DNA from: Leucoraja erinacea
Taxonomy: Eukaryota
DNA: 64,000 nt
Assembly: GCF_028641065.1 (NCBI RefSeq)
Contig: NC_073401.1
Coordinates: 25,420,001-25,484,000, forward strand
Direction of reading: 5' to 3'
Below, in pieces: positions 13,075-27,161 of this stretch. Position 1 is the stretch's first letter; every line of letters starts with the position of its first letter. Both the position numbers and the translations under genes were made by a program. The notes beneath the pieces are model-generated. The model was not told the DNA's origin. It searched no databases and was given only the letters and a program-made list of their open reading frames with translations.

Positions 13075-13600
13075 AGGTCAATAGATAATAGGTGCAGGAG
13101 TAGGCCATTCGGCCCTTCGAACCAGCACCGCCATTCAATGCGCTCATGGCTGATCAGACCCTAATCAGTACTCCGTTCCTGCCTTCTCCCCATATCCCCT
13201 GACTCCGCTATCTTTAAGAGCCCTATCTAGCTCCCTCTTGAAAGTATCCAGAGAACCGGCCTCCACCGCCGTCGGAGGCAGAGAATTCCACAGACTCACA
13301 ACTCTCTGTTGGAAAAAGTGTTTCCTCGTCACCGTTCTAAATGGCTTACCCCTTATTCTTAAACTGTGGCCCCTGGTTCTGGACCAACGTCGGGAACATG
13401 TTTCCTGCCTCTAGCGTGTCGAAACCCTTAATAATCTTATATGTTTCAATAAGATCCCCTCTTATCCTTCTAAACTCCAGAGTATACAAGCCCAGTCGCT
13501 CCATTCTATCAGCATATGACAGTCCCGCCATCTCGGGAATTAACCTTGTAAACCTACACTGCACTCCCTCAATAGCAAGAATGTCCTTCCTCAAATTAGG
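13075..13600 (-). mobile_element. CR1 LINE 3' fragment
   Basis: NLRKDILAIEGVQCRFTRLIPEMAGLSYADRMERLGLYTLEFRRIRGDLIETYKI. Confidence 0.9.
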
Positions 13601-15242
13601 GGCAGGAGAAAAACACTTGGTCACTTCAAAAACATTTAAAGCAAACTGTGTTTGTCAAGAATGTAAGGATCAAGCCTCGTAATTGAATCACTGACATTCT
13701 CTTTGACAAGGTCACTTTATATGTTAGAGGACATTTCAAGAGCCAACCACAAAAGATGCTGATGGTAAGATATGAATACTGAATATGGTCTTTCAAAGCA
13801 ACAATAAAAGCTATTGTCAATGTGACAACAATGTTCAAGGATAATAAAGGATTACTTGGTCAGCTTGGAGAAACAGAGATGAGCAAATAATATAATTTAA
13901 AATATGAAATTGAGATACCATTGAATTCCACGTCCTTGGGTTTCATTGTTGGCACAAGAAAACAGCTCAAAATTTTAATTTTTGAATTAAATTTAAAAAA
14001 AGAAATTGAAATCTAGGGGTGACACAGTGGTAGAGTTGCTGCCTTACAGCGCCAGAGACCCGAGTTTGATCCTAACAGGTGCTGTCTGTGCAGAGTTTGC
14101 ATGTTCTCCCTGCGACCGCTTGGGTTATCCCCGGGTGCTCCTGTTTCCTCCCACACTCCAAAAGACGTGCAGATTTGTAGGTTAATTGGATTCTGTAAAG
14201 GCTCCCTACTGTGTAGGATAGTTAATGTACAGGGTGATCACAGGTCGGCCAAATGGAATTCTATGCTGCATTCTCTAAAGAAATCCAAAGCTTTTATTTA
14301 AAATTATTTAAAATTCAGTATTTTCTAGAACCTTGGACATTATGAAATTTTTTATGGACTTTTAAAGATCAGATATTTAACTTTGTCCTTCATTAAATTT
14401 ATTTTCTAAGGGTTCAACGTTTAGTGCAAGATAAAGTCGGGCCGAGTCTCCAATGAGGTGGATGGTAGTTCAAGACTGCTCTCTAGTTGGTGGTAGGATG
14501 GTTCAGTTGCCTGATAACAGCTGGGAAGAAACTGTCCCTGAATCTGGAGGTGTGTCTGTTCATACTACTGTACCTCTTGCCTGATGGGGGAGAGGAGTGA
14601 ATGGGGTGAGACTTATGCTGATGGCCTTGCCAAGACAGCGTGTAGTGCAGATGGAGTCAATGGAAGGGAGGTTGGCTTGTGCGATGATCTGGGCTGCATC
14701 CATATTTTCTGCTGGAAGCATCATTATTTAAAAAGAGGTACAAGAGATTTTCAGCTTATCAAATACTCACTCAAATGTTAAGTTCCTCTATTTCACTGCT
14801 GGCAGCCTGTGGTGCTCTTCCCTTTCTGTTCGAGAATGCTAATGGATGGATTCACACAGACCTGCTCACAGACAGCATTTAACAGATGTAAAGCTGACAA
14901 AGAAAACTGATTTATTTTATCTTAAATGATTTGTTAGTTAGCCGTCACCTGCAGAGGGGTCCAAAAAAAAAGCACTAACATTGAGTAATCTGTTCAAGTG
15001 TTAAAGGACAGTGATTCTGCCCCTTCAACTCAGGGTTTGCATCAGAGGGGGATTTAAACAAAATGAATTAAATTAGTTCAGACAGCTACAGTGTATTTCC
15101 CCCGAGGAAATTTGTGCAGAACATAAAAGCAATGGGGGAAGGGGTCCTTCAAGCATGCTGTCAGAAATCGGTATCTAATCCCTGCCACATGTGACCTTGG
15201 AGTGTTTGATTTCCCAGTAGATGCTAACAATTGAAAATGTAG

Positions 15243-15382
15243 NNNNNNNNNNNNNNNNNNNNNNNNNNNNNNNNNNNNNNNNNNNNNNNNNNNNNNNNNN
15301 NNNNNNNNNNNNNNNNNNNNNNNNNNNNNNNNNNNNNNNNNNNNNNNNNNNNNNNNNNNNNNNNNNNNNNNNNNNNNNNNNN
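15243..15382. other. Assembly gap (140 N)
   Basis: Run of N. Confidence 1.
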
Positions 15383-15741
15383 CGGAAATACAGTGCAAGA
15401 TGATGCACACATCCCCATGTCTCCAGCAAGATGCTTTTAACATCAAGACAGAAATAATGAAACCACAGGCAAGATTCACAAAATCCATCAAACCAAATAA
15501 CACTGAAGTCTCTGTCAGGCTGCTGAGTACTGGTTACAAATTGCAGCTGTTCATTTGTAACCATTACTTTTAATGGTCTCACTTAAATGAGCGTTTCAGC
15601 ATTTGTCTTCAGCTTCCATCGCCTCAGAAGTAACAAAAATCACAACGGATACCAAGTTGCATTCATAATGGGTTGGATGTCCCAAACTATTCGACATCCA
15701 ATTAAGCATGTTTCACTTGGTTACTGTTGCAATACACGTTA

Positions 15742-16540
15742 GTTAGTTTCGTTTATTGTCACGTGTACCAAGGTACAGTGGAAAGCTTTTGTTGCGTGCT
15801 GGCCAGTCAGCGGAAAGACAAAACGTAATTACAATCGAGCCATTTACAGTGTATATATACAGGATAAGGGAATAACGTTAAGTGCAAGGAATAGCCTGCA
15901 AAGTCCGATCAAGGATAGTCTGAGGGTAAGCAAAAATAGTAGTTCAGCACTGCTCTCTGGTTGTGGTACATTGATTCAGTTGCCTGATTACAGCTGGGAA
16001 GAAATTGCCCTGAAACTGGAGGTGTGCGTTTTTACACTTCTATACCTTTCGCCTGATGGGAGAGGGGAGAAGAGGGAGTGGCCAAGGTGCGACTCGTCCT
16101 TGATTATGCTGCTGGCCTTGCCAGGGCAGCGTGAGGTATAAATGGAGTCAATGGAGGGGAGGTTGGTTTGTGTGATGGTCTGGGCTGCTTCCACAATTCG
16201 CTGCAACTTCATGTGGCCTTGGGTGGAGCTGTTTCCAAACCAAGCTGTAATGCATCCCGATAAAATGCTCATGGTGCATCTGTAGAAGTTGGTGAGAGTT
16301 GTTGGGGACGTGCCAAACTTCCTAAGCCTTCGAAGGAAGTAGATTGGCGTTGGTGAGCTTTCTTGGTCGTTGCGTCAATATGGGTTGTCAAGGAGAAGTT
16401 GTTGGCGATATTGACTCCTAGGAATTTGAAGTTTTCAACCATCTCTACTTCGGCACCTTCAACACAAACTGCGGCATGTGTACCAGCTCACTCCCTGGAG
16501 CCAATCACAATCTATTTTGTCCAGAAGACATTGAGGAATA
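15742..16540 (-). mobile_element. Rex1/Babar-type LINE 3' fragment
   Basis: SILSGCITAWFGNS...KLQRIVEAAQTITQTNLPSIDSIYTSRC...HSLFSPLPSGERYRS; related 3' ends at ~940-1125, ~14420-14700 and ~40985-41350. Confidence 0.8.
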
Positions 16541-16737
16541 ATATATGGAATATGACCCAGAAAAGGCAGCGTGATAATGGTCAGAATATTCCACAAATTG
16601 GTTAAAAACTAAGTATTAGTCAGAACATTAGTGTAGTTCATATAAAATTTAAATGTGTTCTTTAATTTGCAAACGTTCAAAATTTGTACTCTAATGCCAT
16701 TGACTTATTGGGAATTTGGGTCATTGATTTACAAATA

Positions 16738-17686
16738 CAGTAAATCCTAGTTACAATGGACCATAGTGGGAGAATAGTGTATGTTTTAGCCGATTGTCCG
16801 CTATAACCGAGTAAGGAATTACCGAGGATGGAACACAGATTTTNNNNNNNNNNNNNNNNNNNNNNNNNNNNNNNNNNNNNNNNNNNNNNNNNNNNNNNNN
16901 NNNNNNNNNNNNNNNNNNNNNNNNNNNNNNNNNNNNNNNNNNNNNNNNNNNNNNNNNNNNNNNNNNNNNNNNNNNNTCTAGAGTTAATAGGTTTAATTAC
17001 ACGAGTTCATTTGAAATTCCCTGAGAGGCCACAAATGACTGAATGTGAATGGAATGACGTGCCAGCATCTCCCCAGCCGTTCAGAGCCCTGGCTTCCGAC
17101 CCCACTCCCAACTCGCAGGGTGCACCAACGAGCCCCTCTCACCTGCTGCTGTCTCTTGATGTCGCCGGTGGCTTGTACCCGCTCCCCGCTCAACCCCCGT
17201 CACCTGCTTCTCCCATCGCTCTGTCCAGTCGGCCTCTGGCCCCCCCCCAACTCCTCCCTCCACCGCCACCACCTCCATCTCCCCCCCCCCCCCCCCCCCC
17301 CCCCCGAGTCACCAGCATACTCCGCCTTGGAAGCAACAGCATGTGAGAGGGGAGGAAGCCCAACCCTGACCAAGAGAGCCCTGAAGACAGCGCATCCTAT
17401 CGGGGGGCTACAACAACAGCTGTGTCAACCGGTGAAGAGGGGCTCATTGGTGCAGAGCAGCTGCATCGGCGCCTAGTATTAAGATGAAACCACACGACGT
17501 AACTCAACCGACTGAACCAGTCTGAGGAATGGTCCTGACGTCAGCAATCCATGTCCTCCAGAGATCCTCCTCCGCTGAATGACTCCAGCACTTTGTGTCC
17601 TTTTGTCTAATAATCATCACCTGCAGTCATCGACGGTAACGGACACCACTCCCTCCGGTTTGGTCCATTACAACAGGGGTTTACTG
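16738..17686. mobile_element. pogo/Tigger-type non-autonomous DNA transposon spanning the second gap
   Basis: TA-CAGTAAATCCTAGTTACAATGGACC at the left end; the right end reverse-complements to TA-CAGTAAACCCCTGTTGTAATGGACC. Confidence 0.7.
16844..16976. other. Assembly gap (133 N)
   Basis: Run of N. Confidence 1.
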
Positions 17687-17699
17687 TAAACAGACCAAC

Positions 17700-18400
17700 A
17701 TTAACTTGTAAAAACATTAAAAGATACTGAAGAGATTCTGTAATTACTTGTCAACATCTTCTTCAGGAGGAACACAAGGATTGGAACCATATCATCATCG
17801 GCGGTCACTCGAAAGGAGTATGTCTGTCCTCTCCTCTCCGTGCGCTTGCCTACTTGTGGGTCTACGGATGTCTGTAGGGGACGATCCACGATCCACACAC
17901 CTTGGTGCAACGTGGGCAGTGGAGACTGGCGGTAGTTGGTAGTCGTCAAGCCCCCTTCTCTCTTTCCTTACGGTGCTGTCACTTTGCCTCTGCAGCACGG
18001 CGTGGTTCCATTTCGTGACGTGCAGCACCTTCCTGCACGGATTTCCTCCAGGAGCGCCTGCCCAGTGCAATGTGTTCCCAGTTGCTCGATGTGATGAGGA
18101 ATTTCTTCAGACTGTTCTTGATGTTGTCTTTGAAATGTTTCTTTGGCCCGCCGGGGGCTCGCCGACCTTCCTTCAATTGATTTGTTTAGGGAGACTTGTG
18201 TTGGACATGCGGATGACATGGCCATTCCATCGAAGTTGGTGCTGCATTATTGTGGTGGTGATGCTAGTCATGTTGCCTTCCTCCAGGGCTCTCAGGTGCC
18301 TGCTGTAGGTGGTCCATGACTCGGCACCATACAACAAGGTGCAGAGGACAACAGCTCCGTAGACCAGCAGTTTTGTTTGAGCCTTTAGGTCAACCATAGA
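17700..18400 (-). mobile_element. RTE-clade LINE 3' fragment
   Basis: TKLLVYGAVVLCTLLYGAESWTTYSRHLRALE, QLRWNGHVIRMSNTSLPKQI, GRRAPGGPKKHFKDNIKNSLK (frameshifted). Confidence 0.85.
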
Positions 18401-21119
18401 CTTGAACCTACACAGACCCTTGACAGTACAGACACATTCTAATTACCGCAGGTTTTCTCTGTTATATTGCAAGCCATAGCTGAATGAGCAAACTCTAGCG
18501 ATCACAGCAAGAGAGGGGGATTTGGAATGGCAGCTGTCACTTGTGGAATCACATCACAACAAGAGTTAAAGTCTTCAAAAATAGACAAATGTAAATTTAG
18601 TGTCATGGTTTAGTCACTCACTTGGCTTCTACATATAAAGGCAATGCAATGCAGCATCAACAGAGGCTTGTAGAAACAAGGAACTGCAGGTACAGGTTTA
18701 TCAAGGACAGACACAAAGTGCTGGAGTAACTCAGTGGGTCAGGCAGCATCCTTATGCACCTTTTCACACCTCGAGTTTCCCTCTCCCCTGACTCTCAGTC
18801 CAAAGAAGTATCTCGATCTGAAATGTCATCTATTGCTTTTCTCCAAAGATGCCCATGGATAGGACAAGTTTGAAGGGATATGGACCAAACGCAGGCAGAT
18901 GGGACTAGTGTAGCTGGAACATGTTGGGCAGGTTGGGCCGAAGGGCCTGTTTCCACACTGTATCACTCTATGACTCTATGCTGCCAGATCCGCTGAGTTA
19001 CTCCAGCATCTTGTATCTATCTTTGGTGTAAAACAGCATCTGCAGTTCCTTCCTACACATCCCTGGTGCACATGGATAGGTGACGTTTCGGGTCGAGAAC
19101 CTTCTTCAACAGAGGCTTGAACATGTTGCTGGATTTGACTCTCAACTGGAGAAAGAAAGCACTTTGAAAGAATGCACTATATCCAGGCAAGACATAAATA
19201 GAGGACATTTCAAGATAAATTTGGAAACAAAAATGTACGTTACATTTTTATAGCTAAATTATGTCCCAGTAAATTCAATTAAAACACAGTAATATTTTAA
19301 GAAACTATGTTTGGTATTAAATTTACTTTGACTGAGACTTGTCGTCTTTGTGTCCTTTTATAGATTTAACATATCTGAAGGATGTCAGTATAGAATGGAA
19401 CAGATTGGGGATGATCAGCCATGATCACATTGAATGGCGGTGCTGGTTCAAAGGGCCGAATGGCCTACTCCTTCACCTATTGTCTATTGTCTATTGAAAC
19501 TTCGGCTGTTTGGGTAAAGAACAGAAACAAATGATTATGAAATTCCCGTTACCATCTGACGAAGAGATTTTCCCACATTGAAAATAGCTTCACTAAAATG
19601 GACAAAAAAAAGGCTAAGAATGTATTCAAGATCATTTTATCCCAAGAGAAATGTATGCGTTAGGAATATAATTTATCAAGAGGCTTTTTAATCAGAATTG
19701 CCTGAGAAATCCCCGCTAAATATGAATGAATCTGCTTAATTATCCCGTGTTTTACTAGAATGGACAGCATTCGTTCAATGCAGAAAGCGACGAGCCAATT
19801 ACACAGATCAAATGATCCAGCTGATGTGGACAAGAGGCCAATCTGTGGCCTCCAACAATTAAATAGAGCTCTTCTTTAAACAATTAGATGGCTCTTAAAA
19901 TGAAAATAAAACATTAAACAATTTTGACATCTTGTGGCATGACATAATAGGAAGTCGTCATCTGTTTTAGAACCTGCAGGAGAGCATGAGGGGGCAACAA
20001 CCTTCAGGTAACTTATCCGCAAACATAATCAGGTAATAAAAACCTGCTCTTTAATAAGCAAGTTTAATCCATTAGTTGTAAGCACTTTCGTGGCTGCTTG
20101 ATGATTCTATTCCAAGGATTTATTTAATTACAGCAATGCCAGTCACAGATGATATCAAATATATCTTTGCTGTTAATAAAAATAGGAAAATATTCCACCC
20201 CTGACTGTTCTCTAGTTTCTTTGGTTGAAAAAGGGTTAAATGTGCAAGTTTAGCACATATGTGATTAGATATAAATGTTTCTGTGGTAGAATAACTTGCT
20301 GAACCTCATCCTCTATCCTCATGTGAAGATTTAATACCTGGCAAGAATAATGGAAAGGAGAGGTGTCAATGGCCAGGGTGATAAATGGTGAGGTCTAGTA
20401 TCACGTTGTGCACAGAATCACGCAGTTTTTCAGTCAGCAATATATCTTGAGAATCGGAGCATTAAGGCCAAACCAGCTGAAGATTTGTTCTTCCAATTTC
20501 TATACTACCTGCACCATTTGATAAGTTGCTGCAAAGATATGATCTTGTATGTGTTGTTTTACACCACCAGCGATATATTGGGGGAAGAAACCAGAACACT
20601 GGTAAATAGGTTATACAAAACACTCAAGAATTAACAGCAGGACGACTGAGTTAAAATAGACAACCGTTTCTTTCCGAGTCAGTATTCAAATCACAAAGTG
20701 TTCAAATAATTCAAAATGAAAGCAGAGTAAAAATACTCATGAGACTCAAAGATAACAAACCAAAATGGCTGCAGTTCAAATCTCAAGCATAAATCAGACC
20801 AGTTCTACAATGCAATGAGGAAAGAAACTATTATCATTTCAGGCAGGTAACAGGAAGATACATGGACCAAAAGCTCCACAGTCACAGTTCCCTCAAGCAA
20901 CAGTTCATTATTCACAATTCAGCTGAATCAGTCCAACAAATCTCCACTCAGAGACATTCTCCCTTGGGCAGGACGGCAGTATGCAAGAAATCATTGCTTC
21001 CCCTTCTCACATGGAGATCCACATTACTTCAAAGTAAGAGGCTAAAGTACACAAATCAAAAGCTTTTGGAACAGCACCTCGAGTGAAAGCTGAAGGAAGT
21101 CAGGAATCGCCAATGAATG

Positions 21120-21540
21120 TCATAACCCATCTGTTACCAGAACTCCTTTTAACTTAATTTTGGATATATGTTTACCATTTTTGGGTTTCTTTCTTTTCTT
21201 TCCACCCCTTTCAACATCAGCTTCTTCTGTCTTGAAGCGTTCCTGACCCTCCAGAGTTTCATCAGTAAATTCTGTTTGTTCCAGCTCTTTTACCAGAACT
21301 CGGCACTTCTGTTTGGATTTTCTTGTTGAAACTGCCTCCTCGTCCTCTTTACTATCGTCCCCACCTTCAGTGGCCAGCTTCCTCTTTTTCCTCTTCTTCT
21401 TTTTCCAATTGCCTTTGTTCTCAGCGGGGCCTTCCTCCTGATTTGTCTCTGGCTGATTGCTGACGATGGAACTTTGCCAAAGTAAGTCGTCGCCCGAAAC
21501 CACTGCCTCCTTCAACCGATCCCATTCACTGTCCGACTCA
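21120..21540 (-). CDS. C12orf43: CUSTOS exon 6 (terminal; Lys-rich NLS-like tail)
   Basis: 421 nt; SESDSEWDRLKEAVVSGDDLL (human SEDSDEEWRRCREAAVSASDIL), then KKKKRKKRKL...GKKRKKPK; TGA at 21120-21122. The six exons total 834 nt = 277 aa + stop. Confidence 0.93.
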
Positions 21541-21837
21541 CTGTAATATTCAACACACCATGATTAATGATAGGCTGCATACACTCAGCTAGAATAGAAA
21601 TGTAATGAACCTGTGAGGCTGCATCGGTATACGTATTCAGAATCGTCCCCTATTCCTGGAAGGTATAACTTAGAAGAAAGGTCTCGACCCAAAACGTCAC
21701 CCATTCTCTCCACAGATTCTGCCTGTCCCGTTGAGTTACTCTCTCTCTTAGGTGTAACTTATACATCCAATTCGTCTCCGAACATCAAAGAATAAACTAT
21801 ATATTAATAATCCTTTTTTGGGAGGGAAATCTGATGG

Positions 21838-22250
21838 TTTAGAGATACAGAGTGGAAGCAGGCCCTTCAGTTCACCAAGTCCATGCCGACCACCGATCAC
21901 CCTTACACTAGTTTGGTTTAGTTTAGAGATACAGCGTGGAAACAGGCCCTTCGGCCCACCAAATCCATGCCGACCATTAATCATCCGTATACTCATTTAG
22001 TTTAGTTTGGAGATGCAGCGTGGAAACAGGCCCATCATTCCATGCCAACCAGCAATCACCCACACACTTGTTCTATCCTACACACGAGGGACAATTTACA
22101 CACGCCTTTGGACTGTGGGAGTACCTAGAGAAAACCCACACTGTCACAAGGAGAATGTACATACTCCGTACAGACAACACCAGTAGTTAGGATTGAACTT
22201 AGGTCTCTGGCGCTGTAAGCCAGCAACTTTACCGCTGCGCCACCGTGCCG
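21838..22250 (-). mobile_element. HE1/V-SINE with a triplicated 3' tail segment
   Basis: tttagagatacagcgtggaaacaggcc...catgccgacca unit occurs three times (~21838, ~21922, ~22005) next to one SINE body. Confidence 0.75.
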
Positions 22251-23032
22251 TCCCTGGTTCCATGTCCAACACACTAGGGGCAATTTACAGAAGTCGATTA
22301 ACCTACAAACCTGCCGTCTTTGTTATGCGGATACACCAGCACCCGTAGTCAAGATCGAACCCAGGCTCTCTGCTGTTGTGAGGCAGCAGCTCTGCTGCTG
22401 TACCGCCCTAATATTACCTAATAGATAACCTAGTTCTGGCTAGAGGGCAGGAACATTGCAATTGTGCTTTCTATATGGCCTTCAATTGTTCAATTCTTAG
22501 CCAATGATGAAATAAAATGGAATTCAAACTGGGACACAACATAGAAATATTCAATGTGAAATGTAACTTCAGGGGTCCCATAAACTCAGAGAAGGTACCA
22601 AAAATGATATCCAAATATACTGATCTTTCACTGATGCTTGTCAAAGTTAAAGGATGCATAAGTTCACAAGTTCCACGAGCAGAATTAGGCCATTTGGACA
22701 ATCAAGCCTACTCCACCATTCAATCCATTCTATCATTCCCTCTCAACCCTATTCTGCTGCCTTCTCCCCACAACTCCGGACACCTGTACTAATCGCGAAT
22801 CTATCAATCTCCTCCTTAAAAATACCCACTGAATGGGCCTCCACAGCCTTCTGTGGCAATTAATTCCACAGATTTACCATCCTCTGACTAAAGAATTTCC
22901 TCCTCAAGTTATTTCTAAAGATACATCCTTTTATTCTAAGGCAATGGCCTCTGGTCCTGGACTTGCTGGCCTTGGCTCAGTGGCAAATCTTGACCTGCTA
23001 ACTCAGATGGTCCGCTCTTCAGACTTGAAAGA

Positions 23033-23316
23033 CTTTAGGGATACAGTGCGGAAACAGGCCCTTCGGCCCACTATGTCCGTGCCAACCAGTGAACTATGCT
23101 AGTTCTATGCCCTACATACTAGGAGCAATTTACAGAAGCCAATTAACCTACAAACCTGCATGTCTTTGGGATGTGGGAGGAAAACGGAGCACCCGGAGAA
23201 AACCCACGCGGTCACAGGGAGAACGTACAAACTCTGTACACACAGCACCCGTAGTCAGGATGGAACCCGGGTCTCTGGCGTTGTAAGGCAGCAGCTGTAC
23301 CGCTGTACCACTGTGC
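23033..23316 (-). mobile_element. HE1/V-SINE copy
   Basis: Reverse complement of the V-domain and A/B boxes. Confidence 0.8.
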
Positions 23317-23772
23317 TGCTCCCAAGGCTTCGGCAAACAACTGAGGCTGCCACTTTCATGCAGTGTGGAGGAAGAGTTGTGTTGCAGGCGATGCTGGCTA
23401 CCAGATAAGGTGTTCTTCCAGCCAAGGCTCCATTTACACTCAAATTCCCTCGAGTTGGAAGTTGTACTAGTCTTTCGGAAACCATTTATGCCCCAGTAAG
23501 AATCAACAATCACCAGCCATCCAAATCATTTTAAGTGTTCTCAGCAGGTTTCCCTCTGTGTCAACAGCAACAATTTATTTGACACTCATTATCCATCAGG
23601 TCACAAATGGTGCTAATACAAATTCTGGTCCTGTTTATTTCTCGGTAGGTTTCCTAAACTGCACCCAAAACCACAAGAGTCCTCAGGGTGATTTGCTGCA
23701 ATTAAAGATGTTTCCATCAAAAAACTCTAGAAAACCACTTCCTCTAGCTTCTCCAAACCAGACAATAAAAGG

Positions 23773-23820
<48 letters not shown>
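23773..23820. repeat. (CTAT)12 microsatellite in CUSTOS intron 5
   Basis: Perfect tetranucleotide run. Confidence 0.95.
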
Positions 23821-24962
23821 TGTTCACTTTGTAGGGCAGGAAACAAGACAACACTTGGTTACGATTTGCGCATGTCTGCAGTAAAATGTACTATATCATT
23901 TATTATTTAGATTGCAAGCACTTGTGTGCAAAACGCCCAACAAATTTCCAACAAGGTGCTTTCTTGATTCACACTTGAGGTGAATATGCAAATTATAGCA
24001 CAGTCAGAGGCCCAGTGACCTCAAATGTGGTCATCATTTACATAGTTCTTCCTATGAAAATCTATTCCGTGATTTCACTGTGAATGCAAGAATTGGAGTG
24101 AGGAATTGCAGTTATCAGTGCAGTGTACATTGCCATCTATGTGTGAAGCATGCCCAATGCAGCAAGTTTCAATTGCCGCAGCAAAGTACTCGTATTCTTG
24201 CACTTCCAAGGCAAGAAAAAGCCCCAGGCCACTTTATGATTGCATTACCAACAGGGACTTTGGTAAGCTAAAAGAGGTAGCTTTTGATGTTTTATGTGAG
24301 ATAGAGGCACAAATGAGACTTGGGGGAAGGAAGAGAGTTAAGGTAAGGCATCTGAGGCGGCTCGGTGGCGCAGCGGTAGAGACCCGGATTCCATCCAAAC
24401 TACAAGTGCTGCCTGTACGGAGTTTGTACGTTCTTTCCGTGACAGCGTGGGGTTTTCCTGGGTGCTCCGGTTTCTTCCCACATTCCAAAGTCGTACAGGT
24501 TTGTAGGTTAATTGGCTTTGTTATAGATTGTAAATTTGTCCCTAGTGTGTAGGATTGTATAGGGGATCGCTGGTCGGCGCGGGTTCAGTGGGCCGAAGGG
24601 CCTGTTTCCACAATGTATCTTTAAACTAAACTAAAAAAAAAGAGAAAGGAATAGGTCACCCAGTCCTTGTCATCTGCTCTATCGTTCACTAAGAACGTAG
24701 TTAATTTTCTATCTCAGCTCCCTTTTCCAGCACTATCACCAAGTCCAGAAGGTGGTGACGAGGTCATCAACTTTCTCACATAAGGAAGTGGGGGCTCGTG
24801 AATATCTCAGTGTTACATACGTCTGGAGAGCTGCAAGAACATGAGGAATGAGAACTATAAAATTGAAGCACTGTTTAATTGGGAGTTGATATAAGCCACC
24901 CTGCAAGCAGATTTATGAAACCAAGTTTGAATCTTTTGATAATAAAGTAGTTCAGATAAATA

Positions 24963-25208
24963 CAGGTCCATCACCAATATTCCGGCACCTCCTTTAATCC
25001 GGACAATATTATGAGAGCGCACTTGAAATCCCCCCGGAAGTTCCCCCGAATATGTGGTGCCTAGGCCGGGTGAGGTGGCCGACCTCTACCTCAATGGAAC
25101 ATTTTCATCTGCACATTTTCAGTGGAACCACATAGGCGCTATTTAAATGTTGTTCGCATTAAAGGAGATGTCAGACCACCAGTGGCCAGAATATCAATGC
25201 TGGACCGG
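24963..25208. mobile_element. Degenerate MITE
   Basis: Imperfect TIRs CAGGTCCATCACCAATATTCCGG vs CCGGTCCAGCATTGATATTCTGG. Confidence 0.4.
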
Positions 25209-27070
25209 TGCTATTTTTTTGTAGTGTGGTGGGAACCTCATTTATAAAAAAGGACATTATCGTTGCTCAGAAATTGCACACAATTATGAAAGTGAACACC
25301 AAAGGACAAAAATATTTGCCTCTTCTTCATTCTAATTCACGCTGATGAATTTGCACATTAAATCTTAATTATAATTCTGATCCAACTGAATTGATTTTAT
25401 TCATCACCACAGGGTAACTCTGGGCTAACACGCTGCCCTTATTATCTGTCACTTTGTGCAGTGCTGGATATGAATGTGGAGCAAGTATTTCAAGACTGAC
25501 TGATTCTTCTGATGCTTTGAAATGATGCTTTGATTCATTGACCTTGCTTCAAATGCACAGGAACCCTCCAGAGGTTAGTTATATAATGCCTAACTGATGC
25601 TTCAGTAGCAATCCTCCACAGGGAAAAATACTTAAGCAAGCATGCTAAAATAACAAAATTCTGATGCAATTTTAAATCTATCACTCCACATGGTCCAACG
25701 TACCAGTAACTGTTTGCATTTCATCCTAACTTTAGAAAGTTTAAGATATATTTTCCATACAAAAGCTTAGGGTTCCCATAAAAAATAAACTCTGATTATT
25801 AATAACCACTTTCTGCTATTTGCACTTTATCAGTTTATTTATTCATGTGTGTATATATTTATATCATGGTATATGGACACATTTATCTGTTTTGTAGTAA
25901 ATGCCTACTATTTTCTGTGTGCTTAAGCAAAGCAAGAATTTCATTGTCCTATACAGGGACACATGACAATAAACTCACTTGAACTTCAACTTGAAAAAAC
26001 ATAGGTTTAGTGAGCTCATTCAGAATGAGGAACTGATTGTCGTTTGGACATAGATTTTGATCATTTAACATCCACATTGACAACATATGTAGACAGAGAA
26101 TAAGCATTTTTTTTTAAAAATCCAAGTTCTCACAAAAAAAAATAAAGTTATGCTGTGGCTTTGTCCACTCCACAAGCTTTTAATACATAATTCGTCGACA
26201 TATTTAATTAACCTATATAAAGATCATGCCCCAAATCTCTGTTCTTTGCAACCACAACCAAGGATAAAACTCTGGTATTCTGACCGCTCCCCAGCATAAA
26301 CTGTCCATGAGGCCATTCACTATTATGCTCACTAGAATTTTGACGTTCTTCCTGCAATCATGTGGGTTTTCTCCAGGTGCTCCGGTTTCCTCCCCCATTC
26401 CCAAGATGTACATGTTTGTAGGCTAATTGGCTTCGGTAAAATTGTAAGTTGTCCCCAGTGTGTAGCATAGAGTTAGTGTACGGGGTGATCGCTGGTCACC
26501 ACGTACTCTGTAGGCCGAAGGGCCTGTTTCCATGCTGAATATCTAAAGTAAAATCTAAAGTCTATTTGATGCAACATCTTTTTAAAGCTTATTCTTCAAT
26601 TTGATAGGTAACTACTGATAGAACTCTAGAAAGTGCATTGTCAATCATTTTAACCTCACAAATTAAACTATTCAAAGTTAACTCCTCAAATCCACTGTCC
26701 TGAACACACAATCCAAGCTATTGCAACCGAATGTTGAACATTTCCAGTTTTGTCTGCCATAAATGTTCAGACTCAAAGAAGGGCCTTGACTCAAAATGTT
26801 AGGACTTTGCGTTTCACTATTAAAGGCCAGGGGATCTAGAAACCCAATATTTCCTGGATTCGCATTCTCAGTCGGAAGCTGACAGCCTGGAGTGGAAAAT
26901 AACCACCTCCTTCCCGCTCGCCTCTCTTTCCTCCATGAAACGGCTTCTGTACCTCAGAGTCAGGATTGTGGGCCCAACTATGTTTCTATTCACACAACGT
27001 GATTGTCAAAGAATCAATATTATAATGAATTCTCAGATGAATTCGACATTCCCTGTAAAATAGGACATAC

Positions 27071-27161
27071 CTTGAACTAGGCGGGGGCTTCCATTTAACT
27101 GGAGATGAAGGTTCGACTTTCCTATGATCCTCGGGTATGCTTGTGGTAAATAATCGAAAAC
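27071..27161 (-). CDS. C12orf43: CUSTOS exon 5
   Basis: 91 nt; [31 protein letters not shown] (human GFRLFFTSVP...QPSSSS); AG|GTATGT donor. Confidence 0.93.

Noticed and set aside
16828-17476. Proline-rich ORFs (also 48978-49460 and 57035-57535)
   Set aside because: They arise from poly-C / pyrimidine-rich low-complexity sequence or cross an N gap; no supported exon structure.
21120-21515. Lys-rich ORF as a stand-alone gene or a PINX1/G-patch-type tail
   Set aside because: It is the last exon of CUSTOS, with consistent splice phases.
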